The notes under the pieces were generated by a model that made no database searches, was not told the origin of the DNA, and saw only the letters and a list, made by a program, of their open reading frames with translations. Shown in pieces: positions 55,828-64,000 of a stretch of DNA of 64,000 nucleotides. Source of the DNA: Patescibacteria group bacterium (GTDB lineage: Bacteria > Patescibacteriota > Patescibacteriia > JAXHNJ01). Numbering within the stretch: position 1 is the first letter of the stretch; each line of letters starts with the position of its first letter. The stretch is taken from NCBI GenBank assembly GCA_041649715.1, contig JBAZMP010000002.1, forward strand, positions 196,964-260,963, written 5' to 3'. The position numbers and the translations under genes were made by a program.

Positions 55828-56535
55828 ATGCCGGAAAAACAATCGGCCCAAGGCCGATCCGCCTCGGGCGGAGAAGAAAAAAAAAGCGAAAGTGAAGATC
55901 AAATTGACGCTAGTCATGTAAGGCCGGGTTTTAAGCGGCTAGCCAGGCTGCAGCGGAAAGAAGAATTTTTGCCTTCGTTCAGCAAGTCTTTCCTTTCTTT
56001 TGTGATAGAGGTAGTGAAGGTCGTGGTGATTTCTTTGGCCATTATCATTCCCATCCGGTATTTTCTTATCCAGCCTTTTTATGTGCGAGGCGCTTCCATG
56101 GAACCGAATTTTCACGACAACGAGTATTTGATCATCAATGAGATCGGTTACCGTTTTTCTGCCCCGCAGAGAGGGGACATTGTGGTCATTAAAAGCAAGC
56201 TTGTCGCCAAAGAGTACTTGATTAAAAGAGTGATCGGCTTGCCTCAAGAAAAAATAGAGATCAACGGCGGAGAAGTCAAAATTTACAATAAAGATAATCC
56301 AGAGGGAAGGGTTTTGAAAGAAGAATATCTGGCTAAAGATATTACGACCAGCGGCAATAATATCATTACTTTGAAAAGCGATGAATATTATGTCATGGGC
56401 GACAACCGTCCGTCATCCTTGGATTCGCGGAGCTTCGGCGCCATAAAAAGGGACGAGATCGTCGGCCAGGCGTGGCTGCGGGCCTGGCCTTTCTATAAAT
56501 TGAAGCATTTTACTACTCCCGAATATAATCTATAA
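55828..56535 (+). CDS. lepB: Signal peptidase I
   Basis: GASMEP (catalytic Ser), RGDIVV, IKRVIGLP (catalytic Lys), GDNR..S.DSR.FG. Confidence 0.95.
   Translation: MPEKQSAQGRSASGGEEKKSESEDQIDASHVRPGFKRLARLQRKEEFLPSFSKSFLSFVIEVVKVVVISLAIIIPIRYFLIQPFYVRGASMEPNFHDNEYLIINEIGYRFSAPQRGDIVVIKSKLVAKEYLIKRVIGLPQEKIEINGGEVKIYNKDNPEGRVLKEEYLAKDITTSGNNIITLKSDEYYVMGDNRPSSLDSRSFGAIKRDEIVGQAWLRAWPFYKLKHFTTPEYNL
55842..55872. repeat. Double-hairpin palindromic element inside lepB
   Basis: ATCGGCC-CAA-GGCCGAT overlapping TCCGCC-TCG-GGCGGA; encodes SAQGRSASGG. Confidence 0.7.
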
Positions 56536-56539
56536 AATT

Positions 56540-57865
56540 ATGAACAAGAAAAAAGAAGCGAAGATAACGCCACCCGCGCTTTTGCGCGGCATGAAGGATA
56601 TCCTGCCTTCAGACCAAGACTATTGGTTCTGGCTAGGCGATAAAGTGAGGGCGATGGCGGCCGCCTACGGTTTTGAAAGAATCGATACCCCGATCATGGA
56701 GGGGACCTCTCTTTTCTCCCGTTCCATAGGCGAGGAAACAGATATTGTCAGCAAGGAAATGTATTCTTTCGTCGACCAGGGCGGCGATAAAATCACCCTG
56801 AGGCCGGAGGGCACGGCCCCGATCGCTCGAGCCTATATCGAGCACGGGATGATTAATCAGCCCCAGCCGATCAAGCTCTATTATTGGGGGCCCTTTTTCC
56901 GGCATGAAAGGCCGCAGGCGGGGCGTTATCGTCAGCTCTGGCAACTCGGCTTTGAGGTTTTAGGCGAAGCGGACCCGGTGATTGACGCTGAGATTATCCT
57001 TTTGGTCCATTCTTTTTACCAGGAAATCGGCTTGCCGGTGACCATCCAGGTGAACAGTATCGGCTGCCCGGTCTGCCGCGAGGATTACAAGCTGGTTTTG
57101 GTGGATTTTTTCCGGCCGCGCCGCAGTTCGCTGTGTGAAGATTGCAAAAAAAGACTGGTAAAAAATCCCTTAAGGATTTTAGACTGTAAGGTTAAGGAAT
57201 GCGCAGAGATCGCCAAGGAAGTGCCGCAGATTGTTGATCATCTCTGCGAGGATTGCCGTCTTCATTTTACCCAGGTTTTGGAATTTTTAGATGATCTGGA
57301 AATATCCTACTCCTTGAATCCTCATTTAGTGAGGGGTTTGGATTATTACACTAAGACCATTTTTGAGGTCTGGACGGCCGACGGAGAGGTCGGCAGTCAG
57401 TCGGCCTTGGCTGGCGGCGGACGCTACAATAATCTGGTGGAGAGCCTGGGCGGCCGGCCGACGCCGGCGATCGGTTTTGCCGCAGGCATAGAAAGGATGA
57501 TCATTAAACTGAAGGAAAAAAATATCGCGGCCCCGGCGGCCGACAGACGAGAGATTTTTGTCGCTCAATTAGGCGACAAGGCGCGGAAAAAATGCCTGAA
57601 ACTTTTCGAGGAGCTGCGCCGGGATGGTTTTAAGGTAAGAGAGAATTTGTCCAAGAACGGATTGAAAGATCAGCTGGAAGTGGCTAACAAACTCGGCGTG
57701 AAGTTTGCCCTGATTATCGGCCAGAAGGAAATCATGGATGACACGGTCCTTATCCGCGATATGGAAAGCGGCATTCAGGAAGTGTTGGATTATAAAAGGA
57801 TCGCTCAAGAAGTGAGGAAGCGTCTGGAAAAATCCAACACCAATTTTATCAACCATACGCCCTAA
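56540..57865 (+). CDS. hisS: Histidine--tRNA ligase
   Basis: RGMKD, LRPEGT, FRHERPQAGRYRQ, LVRGLDYY, GGGRY, GFAAGIER. Confidence 0.97.
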   Translation: MNKKKEAKITPPALLRGMKDILPSDQDYWFWLGDKVRAMAAAYGFERIDTPIMEGTSLFSRSIGEETDIVSKEMYSFVDQGGDKITLRPEGTAPIARAYIEHGMINQPQPIKLYYWGPFFRHERPQAGRYRQLWQLGFEVLGEADPVIDAEIILLVHSFYQEIGLPVTIQVNSIGCPVCREDYKLVLVDFFRPRRSSLCEDCKKRLVKNPLRILDCKVKECAEIAKEVPQIVDHLCEDCRLHFTQVLEFLDDLEISYSLNPHLVRGLDYYTKTIFEVWTADGEVGSQSALAGGGRYNNLVESLGGRPTPAIGFAAGIERMIIKLKEKNIAAPAADRREIFVAQLGDKARKKCLKLFEELRRDGFKVRENLSKNGLKDQLEVANKLGVKFALIIGQKEIMDDTVLIRDMESGIQEVLDYKRIAQEVRKRLEKSNTNFINHTP

Positions 57866-57867
57866 AA

Positions 57868-58200
57868 ATGGAAGATTGTATTTTTTGCCAAATTGTCGCC
57901 AAAAAAATTCCCGCGCGCATTTTTTGGCAAAATGATGAATTTCTCGTTTTCTATGAAATCAAACCCAGGGCACCTCTTCATCTCCTGGTCATTCCTAAAA
58001 AACACCTCGTTCTTGACGAAGTCGGAGAAGGAGAAGCCAACCTTTTGGCAAACCTTATTTTAACGGCCAAAAAAGTGGCGGAAAAAGCGGGTTTGTCGCA
58101 GGGTTATCGCCTGGTCATAAATAATGGTCGGCAGGCAGGCCAGGAAGTTGACCACTTGCATCTGCATCTCCTGGGCGGCGGTAAGCTGGCGGCTTTTTAG
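57868..58200 (+). CDS. HIT (histidine triad) family protein
   Basis: DCIFC, HLLVIPKKH, GQEVDHLHLHLLGG. Confidence 0.95.
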   Translation: MEDCIFCQIVAKKIPARIFWQNDEFLVFYEIKPRAPLHLLVIPKKHLVLDEVGEGEANLLANLILTAKKVAEKAGLSQGYRLVINNGRQAGQEVDHLHLHLLGGGKLAAF

Positions 58201-58265
58201 TTTGACTTAATACAATTAAAATGTTATATTATTAAAGCTAATAATATAACACTTTTGAAAAGGAG

Positions 58266-58559
58266 GTGAACAACTTGGTCGAGGTACGGAAAAGAGACGG
58301 AGAATCGGTGGAAAGCCTCTTGAGGCGTTTTACCAGGCGAATGCAACAAAGCGGAACATTGCTCCGGGCCAAGAAAGGGAGATTCTACCAGCCCCCCAAA
58401 AACAAAAGACAAGTGAAAGAAGAAGCTTTGCGGCGGAAATCCTTGCGGGAAACCAAGGAATATTTGCGTAAAACGGGGCAAATAGATGACATCCGTGATC
58501 CCAAAAAATTGAGCCAGATTCTAAAACTTACTTTAAAGCAAAAAGAAAAAAAGAAATGA
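58266..58559 (+). CDS. rpsU: 30S ribosomal protein S21 with C-terminal extension
   Basis: VEVRKRDGESVESLLRRF...FYQPP; AGGAGG RBS; promoter TTGACT-N17-TATATT at 58202-58230; followed by yqeY. Confidence 0.88.
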   Translation: MNNLVEVRKRDGESVESLLRRFTRRMQQSGTLLRAKKGRFYQPPKNKRQVKEEALRRKSLRETKEYLRKTGQIDDIRDPKKLSQILKLTLKQKEKKK

Positions 58560-59014
58560 CCCTAAAGGAGCGACTGGAAGAAGATTATAAAACGGCTTTC
58601 AAACAGGGCCGCCATTTGGCCGTGGAGGCTTTAAGGATGCTAAAGGCCGAGGTGAAAAACGCCGAAATCGCCAAACGGAAAGATTTTGACGATCATGACG
58701 TGTTGGAAGTGATCCTGCGCGTGGCCAAACGACACCAGGATTCTATCACTGCTTTTAACAAAGGAGGGCGTCAAGATCTAGCCGACCACGAAAAAGAGCA
58801 GCTGGCGGTTTTGCAAGCTTATCTGCCGGCAAAACTTTCCGAAGAAGAACTTAGGGATATTATCAATGAATTGATAGCGGAAAGCGGAGCCAAGGGTCCG
58901 GCGGATTTCGGCCGGGTAATGGGTTCGGTCATGAAGCAGGTAAAAGGCCAGGCCGACGGCACGCTGATCAGTAAAATCGTCAAAGAAGAACTAAATAAAA
59001 AACAAACCACTTAA
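58556..59014 (+). CDS. GatB/YqeY domain protein
   Basis: LRMLKA, E...LQAYLP..LSEEE, FGRVMG, GQADG; conserved rpsU-yqeY order. Confidence 0.93.
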   Translation: MTLKERLEEDYKTAFKQGRHLAVEALRMLKAEVKNAEIAKRKDFDDHDVLEVILRVAKRHQDSITAFNKGGRQDLADHEKEQLAVLQAYLPAKLSEEELRDIINELIAESGAKGPADFGRVMGSVMKQVKGQADGTLISKIVKEELNKKQTT

Positions 59015-59028
59015 AAAGCCTGATTCGT

Positions 59029-62000
59029 ATGGGCAGAGGAGGCAAAAAAAATATTTATCTTGGTATCCTCGCGGTCGTTTTTTTGTCGGTCGGCGGTTTT
59101 TTTGTCTGCGCTCATTTAGCCTCCGCCCAGACGGCGTTGCAGTTAGAAGATGTCGGTGGCACCCTTGGCTTGACGACCGTAAACTTAAAGACCCTGGTCA
59201 TTAATATTATCAGATGGTTTTTAGGCATTATCAGCCTGGTGGCGGTGGCTTATCTTATCTACGGCGGAATTTTGTGGCTGACCTCGGCGGGCAACGAAGA
59301 AAAGATCAAAAAAGCGAAAAAGACAATATTAAACGCCATTATCGGTGTAATCATTGTGTTGCTGTCCTGGGCGATTTTTTTGCTGGTCACTCATTTTATC
59401 ACCGACGCGACTAACGGGAATGGAAATCAGGCCTGCACGCCCCCGGCCCATACCGCGGATGATTGTTATGTCTGTCAAGGATCGCCGCCGGTTTGGGTGC
59501 CCAACGGCAGTCCGGCCAATCCCGCCCTTTGCTTGGCTTTTCCCACGGATTTTAGGCTGAACGACATAGAAACCAGCGCTATTTCCGACCTCTCGGAAAT
59601 TTATACCTGCAGCAATATCCAATCGCGGTTCAATAACGGCGTCTACGGTACCTCGGTCGATAGCGCGGTGACGGCCGATACTTTAAAGATCGAGAAAGTC
59701 GATGGTTCAGTGAAAAAGGAAGGAGCCTGGCAGACTAACGCCAGGACGGTTACCTTCTATCCCAGGCGATGCTCGAATCCGCCCAATGATCCCTGCCGGT
59801 ACGACGCCGATTGCGGCGGCGGCAATACCTGCGATGTGGTCTACTTTGACGATCTTTCCGATTACAGGCTGCATCTGCCAAAAAGCATTCAGGATGTGTC
59901 GGCCCCCGTCAGGAAGAATCTTTCAAGTTTTGATACTCTTGTTCTTGGCCCATGGTGCCAAGACGCCGGAACAGAAATCCAGTGCACTTTTCATACCAGT
60001 GATCAGAAGGATATTGCCGAACCCATCCTGGTGAGCGCTTATCCCGTATTATCAACCCAAGCTGGTTATCCCGACACAAACGTGCCGCGGCTACCGACCA
60101 TTTCCGTGCTTTTTTCCGAAAATGTTGACGCCGGCACCGTGGTCGATTCAGTTAACCCGTCTTTGCCTAACAGCAATAATATTTTCATACAGCAATACGA
60201 CGCCCAAAACGGAAGCCTAAAAGTAGGCGGCGCGGTCGACTCAAATTCGGATGGGACCGTCGACCCGGACAAGTTAAGGGTGGGCGAAGCAGCTAATGGC
60301 TTTAATCTTTTCCTCCAGGGCGGTTATTTCGAAGCTTTTACCTGGTATAAAATAACGGTCCAAAATATTGAGGATCTTTGCGGTAACACCATGACGCCGG
60401 CCTCGGTCGAATGGTGGTTTGAAACCAACGATGTCGTGCCCGGCTTTACCGGATTTTATCCCACCGGCAACAATGAATGTCCGGACGTCCATGCTTGGGC
60501 GACTTTTGGCACGGCCATGTACATGTATGACGTGACTTTAACGATCAACGATATTTCTGCTGGGCCCAAAGACGCGCCACGAGTCATCGGTATAAACGGC
60601 AGCACGACCACAACGGGGAGCGCAAGCAACTATGCCGGTACCTTGACCATTCGGGATTTTAACGAGAGTACGCCGGCCAACGGCAACAAATGGTATGAGT
60701 TTGTTCCAGCCACGCCATTTTCTCCCAGCCATACCTACGCGGCGACGATCGCGACCAATCTGGTCATTGATACGTCTGGCGGCACGCTTGCTACTGCTTG
60801 GCAATTTAAGGTGGCGACCGCCGCCGATTGCACCTGTACCCCCGCTATCGCTTCCTTGAGCCCGGCCCCATCGGCCGGCCTGATCGGCGAATGCCTGACC
60901 ATCAACGGCAGCTGTTTTACCGGTACCGCTGCCCACGCGGCGACACCGATAAATTTGACTTTTGGCAGCTTAACAGCTGATATTCAGGGTTTTGGAAACA
61001 ATTTTATTACCACCATCTCGCCTGATCCGCGTCCCGTCACTTTTCCCAATACCGTGGCCATTAAATTTTCTATTGATTACGGCGCGACTTACGGCGTGCA
61101 AAACACGGCCGCCGGCTATAACTATACCTATAATAGCGACAAGGAAGCCACCGGCCCCTGTCTTTTTTCTATTTCGCCAAGCGTGACCTATCCGGGCACG
61201 GCCGTCACTTTAACCGGAATCCGGTTTAACCCGGCCAACCCGGCGACGAGAAGAATTGACTTCATTCCGCCTGGATTGTCGCCCTCCATTTCTTCTTGGT
61301 CAGACGGACAAATATACAGTTCGGTTCCAAGCACCTCCTTTAGCGGGACCAGCAACGCTAGCCTCACTAATGATATCGGTACTTCAAATAGCGTTCCTTT
61401 TACAATCAATCAGTACCCGCCTGGCGTGCCGGTAGTCACCCGGTATTGGCCGACTTGCGATTCGGCCTGCACCAACGCGGTGGCCGGGGCCACGTTCAGT
61501 GAAGAGATGGACAGGAATACGATGACGACCGCTAATATCAAATTAGACCATTGCACAGATATTGATTGTAATGATTTTGTTATGCCGGCTCCCGTATATT
61601 CCGTAAGTTATGATATCCCGGGCAAGACATTAACCATCATTCCTTCCGCTAACATGTTGCCTGACAGTTGGTATAAAGTGACCCTGCTCGAGGGAATCAA
61701 GAGCACGGCAAACGTGAGCATCGGCAATCCTAATGATGGAACCAGTTTTATTTGGAAATATAAAACTAAGAATGACGCCTCATTGTGCGCCCCGGCTTCA
61801 GTGGATGTCTCGCCGGCGACTTACACGGCGAAGATCAATCAGACTGATCTGCCATATACGGCCTATGCTAAAGGTTCGCCGGACAGCTGTAATGCCGGCG
61901 GTCAGATATTAAACGGCAATGCCTATGACTGGTCTTGGACCAGTTTGCCGTTGGGTTTGGCCAATGTCAGCAATACCGACAGCAATGGCGACGGCAATGT

Positions 62001-64000
62001 AGATTCTGCTCAAAGGGTTGCCACTCTGGGAAATCCGGGCGCGACCAATATATTCGCTTCAGTCGGCAGCTTAAACAATCGTGGTGTTTTAAATATTACA
62101 GTCGATCCGACCTATTGTTATGCCGACGCGGATTGCAACCCGCAACCGGCGAATCCTTGTCCGGGCAGTGTCTGCAGGGACAATCATTGCACGCCGGTGA
62201 TAAATTCCTTTTTACCCACGGACGGCGCCGTCGGCACCTGGGTGACGATTAACGGCTGTTGGTTCGGCAATTTCGAGGATGGTAAAAGCAAGGTATTATT
62301 TAGAGGTATTGGCGGCGATAAAGAGGGGATTGTTCCCAATCCGATGATTTGCGGTCCGGGTACCTGGACAAATACCCGGATTGTCCGCGAGTCCCCAAAC
62401 GCTTCGACCGCCGACCTTGCGGATGACGCGATTGACGGGTCGATAAAGGTCGTGCGGGGTTTTGATTCGGCGGAAGTGAGCACAGCCACTAATTTTGACG
62501 TAAACAATCTTTCTCATCCCGGCATTTGCTATGTCAATCCGGAAAGCGGCCGCGAAGGCATCACGGAGGTGCAGATTAGGGGCAAAAATTTCGGGACCAG
62601 CAAGCAATCCACCGATCATGTCACTTTTTATAATTCAGTCGGCCGGATTGAAGCGGATTATACGCCGGCCATTTGGGAAGATAATAATATCAGGGTTATC
62701 GTGCCGGTCGGCGCTCAGACTTCCTTAAACGAGGGCCTTAAAATTACGAAGGGTGCGATTGACAGCAATCCTTGGCCTTTTACCGTAGCGGCCGCCGACT
62801 GTACGCCTTGTACCGCCGACAGCGAGTGCGCGGCGCGCGCCTGCGGAGCGGATAAATGCTGTCATGATCGTCCGAGCGTCGCTTCTACCACGCCGTTGGA
62901 CGGCGCGACCAATGTCTGTTTGAATACGGTGATCGAGGTCCGTTTTAACCAAGATATGGATGTTGCTACTTTCACGCCTGGAAATATCACTGTTATGCGT
63001 TCCGGGCCACCGGCCGGACCCGTGCCCGTGAATTCACAAAATATCACCGCTGGCAGCCGTTGGTTGCGCCTGAACTTTGGTCTTTTGGCGGGTAATAACC
63101 AATACGTTATCAGGTTAGCCGCGGGCATCAAAAACGCGCAAGGAATCGCGATGGGCGGTGATTATCAATTCGGATTCACCACGGCCAATACTTCCGATCC
63201 CTGCCAGCTTTCTCGGATTACGATTGATCCGACTGTTCATACTTTTATGAAGTCTGATCCGGCAAAAGAATTTTCCGCTCAAGCCTACGATAATAATAAT
63301 AACCAAATAAATCGAATCCCCGGGGTTTATAGCTGGACGTGGTCTTGGTCAGTCGCCGACAGCAGTATTCTTGTCTTGAATGCCCCAGGTGATTCTGATA
63401 CGGTCAACGCTCAGCCCGCTGCTCCCCGGAAAAATGGCAACACTACTTTAAAAGTCGAAGCTAAGGCCCTAGACCCAGTGATTGGTTTCACTGGCAGCAA
63501 AGAGGCGACAGCGGCGGTGCGCGTGATCAATTGTGATGTGGCCTGGACTTTTACCGACCAGGCAAATAATTGCGAAAGTGACGTAATTTTTGGCGGATGC
63601 GGCAATAGCTATAATTTCCGCTTAGAATATTGTCGCGGTCTATACGGTCTATGCCAAGGCGGTTCAGCCGCGGATGTTTGTTCCGCCAATTACGCCGCCA
63701 CTTGTCCGACGGGAGAGACTTGTTGTCCAGCCGCGACTCCGAATTGTACTTTTACTAATAATAAGCCCTTGCCCTTTTTTGACATTCAGACGGCGAGCGG
63801 CCAGACCGGGAACGTTTTGAAACAGTTTCTTTTCAAGGAATCAGATGACACGAAGAAAGACGGCATCGGAGTGCGCATTTTTGCCAATCCCGAACTGCTT
63901 TCCCCGACCGCCTGGTATGATATTAATATTAAGATAAAAGGTTCGCCGCAGACGACGACCGTTGATGGATATGAGGCGATCAGAGACGGCCGGACCGTTT
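59029..64000 (+). CDS. Giant surface protein: TrbC/VirB2-like pilin N-terminus plus Big_5/Ig-like and IPT/TIG domains; truncated by the window edge
   Basis: Not in the ORF track (no stop in the window). ATG at 59029 and frame open wherever spot-checked up to 64000. Signal peptide, IYGGILWLTSAGNEEKIKKAK pilin motif, VLFSE/FSEEMD/FNQDMD, TINGxxFG, ends ...VDGYEAIRDGRTV. Confidence 0.88.
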   Translation, partial: MGRGGKKNIYLGILAVVFLSVGGFFVCAHLASAQTALQLEDVGGTLGLTTVNLKTLVINIIRWFLGIISLVAVAYLIYGGILWLTSAGNEEKIKKAKKTILNAIIGVIIVLLSWAIFLLVTHFITDATNGNGNQACTPPAHTADDCYVCQGSPPVWVPNGSPANPALCLAFPTDFRLNDIETSAISDLSEIYTCSNIQSRFNNGVYGTSVDSAVTADTLKIEKVDGSVKKEGAWQTNARTVTFYPRRCSNPPNDPCRYDADCGGGNTCDVVYFDDLSDYRLHLPKSIQDVSAPVRKNLSSFDTLVLGPWCQDAGTEIQCTFHTSDQKDIAEPILVSAYPVLSTQAGYPDTNVPRLPTISVLFSENVDAGTVVDSVNPSLPNSNNIFIQQYDAQNGSLKVGGAVDSNSDGTVDPDKLRVGEAANGFNLFLQGGYFEAFTWYKITVQNIEDLCGNTMTPASVEWWFETNDVVPGFTGFYPTGNNECPDVHAWATFGTAMYMYDVTLTINDISAGPKDAPRVIGINGSTTTTGSASNYAGTLTIRDFNESTPANGNKWYEFVPATPFSPSHTYAATIATNLVIDTSGGTLATAWQFKVATAADCTCTPAIASLSPAPSAGLIGECLTINGSCFTGTAAHAATPINLTFGSLTADIQGFGNNFITTISPDPRPVTFPNTVAIKFSIDYGATYGVQNTAAGYNYTYNSDKEATGPCLFSISPSVTYPGTAVTLTGIRFNPANPATRRIDFIPPGLSPSISSWSDGQIYSSVPSTSFSGTSNASLTNDIGTSNSVPFTINQYPPGVPVVTRYWPTCDSACTNAVAGATFSEEMDRNTMTTANIKLDHCTDIDCNDFVMPAPVYSVSYDIPGKTLTIIPSANMLPDSWYKVTLLEGIKSTANVSIGNPNDGTSFIWKYKTKNDASLCAPASVDVSPATYTAKINQTDLPYTAYAKGSPDSCNAGGQILNGNAYDWSWTSLPLGLANVSNTDSNGDGNVDSAQRVATLGNPGATNIFASVGSLNNRGVLNITVDPTYCYADADCNPQPANPCPGSVCRDNHCTPVINSFLPTDGAVGTWVTINGCWFGNFEDGKSKVLFRGIGGDKEGIVPNPMICGPGTWTNTRIVRESPNASTADLADDAIDGSIKVVRGFDSAEVSTATNFDVNNLSHPGICYVNPESGREGITEVQIRGKNFGTSKQSTDHVTFYNSVGRIEADYTPAIWEDNNIRVIVPVGAQTSLNEGLKITKGAIDSNPWPFTVAAADCTPCTADSECAARACGADKCCHDRPSVASTTPLDGATNVCLNTVIEVRFNQDMDVATFTPGNITVMRSGPPAGPVPVNSQNITAGSRWLRLNFGLLAGNNQYVIRLAAGIKNAQGIAMGGDYQFGFTTANTSDPCQLSRITIDPTVHTFMKSDPAKEFSAQAYDNNNNQINRIPGVYSWTWSWSVADSSILVLNAPGDSDTVNAQPAAPRKNGNTTLKVEAKALDPVIGFTGSKEATAAVRVINCDVAWTFTDQANNCESDVIFGGCGNSYNFRLEYCRGLYGLCQGGSAADVCSANYAATCPTGETCCPAATPNCTFTNNKPLPFFDIQTASGQTGNVLKQFLFKESDDTKKDGIGVRIFANPELLSPTAWYDINIKIKGSPQTTTVDGYEAIRDGRTV

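Noticed and set aside
59214-63605. Numerous short ORFs on both strands
   Set aside because: All lie within the single long frame beginning at 59029.
1-64000. CRISPR array, rRNA, or TGA-recoded genetic code
   Set aside because: No regularly spaced repeats or rRNA-like sequence seen. Conserved genes are intact under code 11 and several end in TGA.

Overview
Chromosomal window most consistent with a Patescibacteria (CPR, Parcubacteria-like) genome using standard code 11. The taxonomy is inferred from the giant pilin-fused Ig/IPT surface protein, the short palindromic repeats and the overall gene content, not from a marker gene. Layout: 1-12 kb holds self-contained orphan and accessory genes, a CAP protein, a circularly permuted DsbA, lgt, and a tRNA-Met locus in which a small GIY-YIG nuclease is flanked by two whole-tRNA copies, one disrupted by two 28-nt hairpins. 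12-28 kb is housekeeping (parAB, topA, dprA, mfd, pth, LCP) and includes an unannotated, promoter-driven four-way-junction RNA between mfd and pth. 28.5-55.6 kb is a ~27-kb envelope-modification locus: an exosortase/archaeosortase, four B12-dependent radical SAM enzymes interleaved 1:1 with four GT2s, five GT-C-like membrane proteins (four ending in WWxKDE), SAM methyltransferases and a GtrA flippase. 55.7-64 kb holds tRNA-Val, lepB, hisS, HIT, rpsU, yqeY and a >1650-aa surface protein that runs off the window. All family calls come from recognising motifs by eye; no database searches were run.
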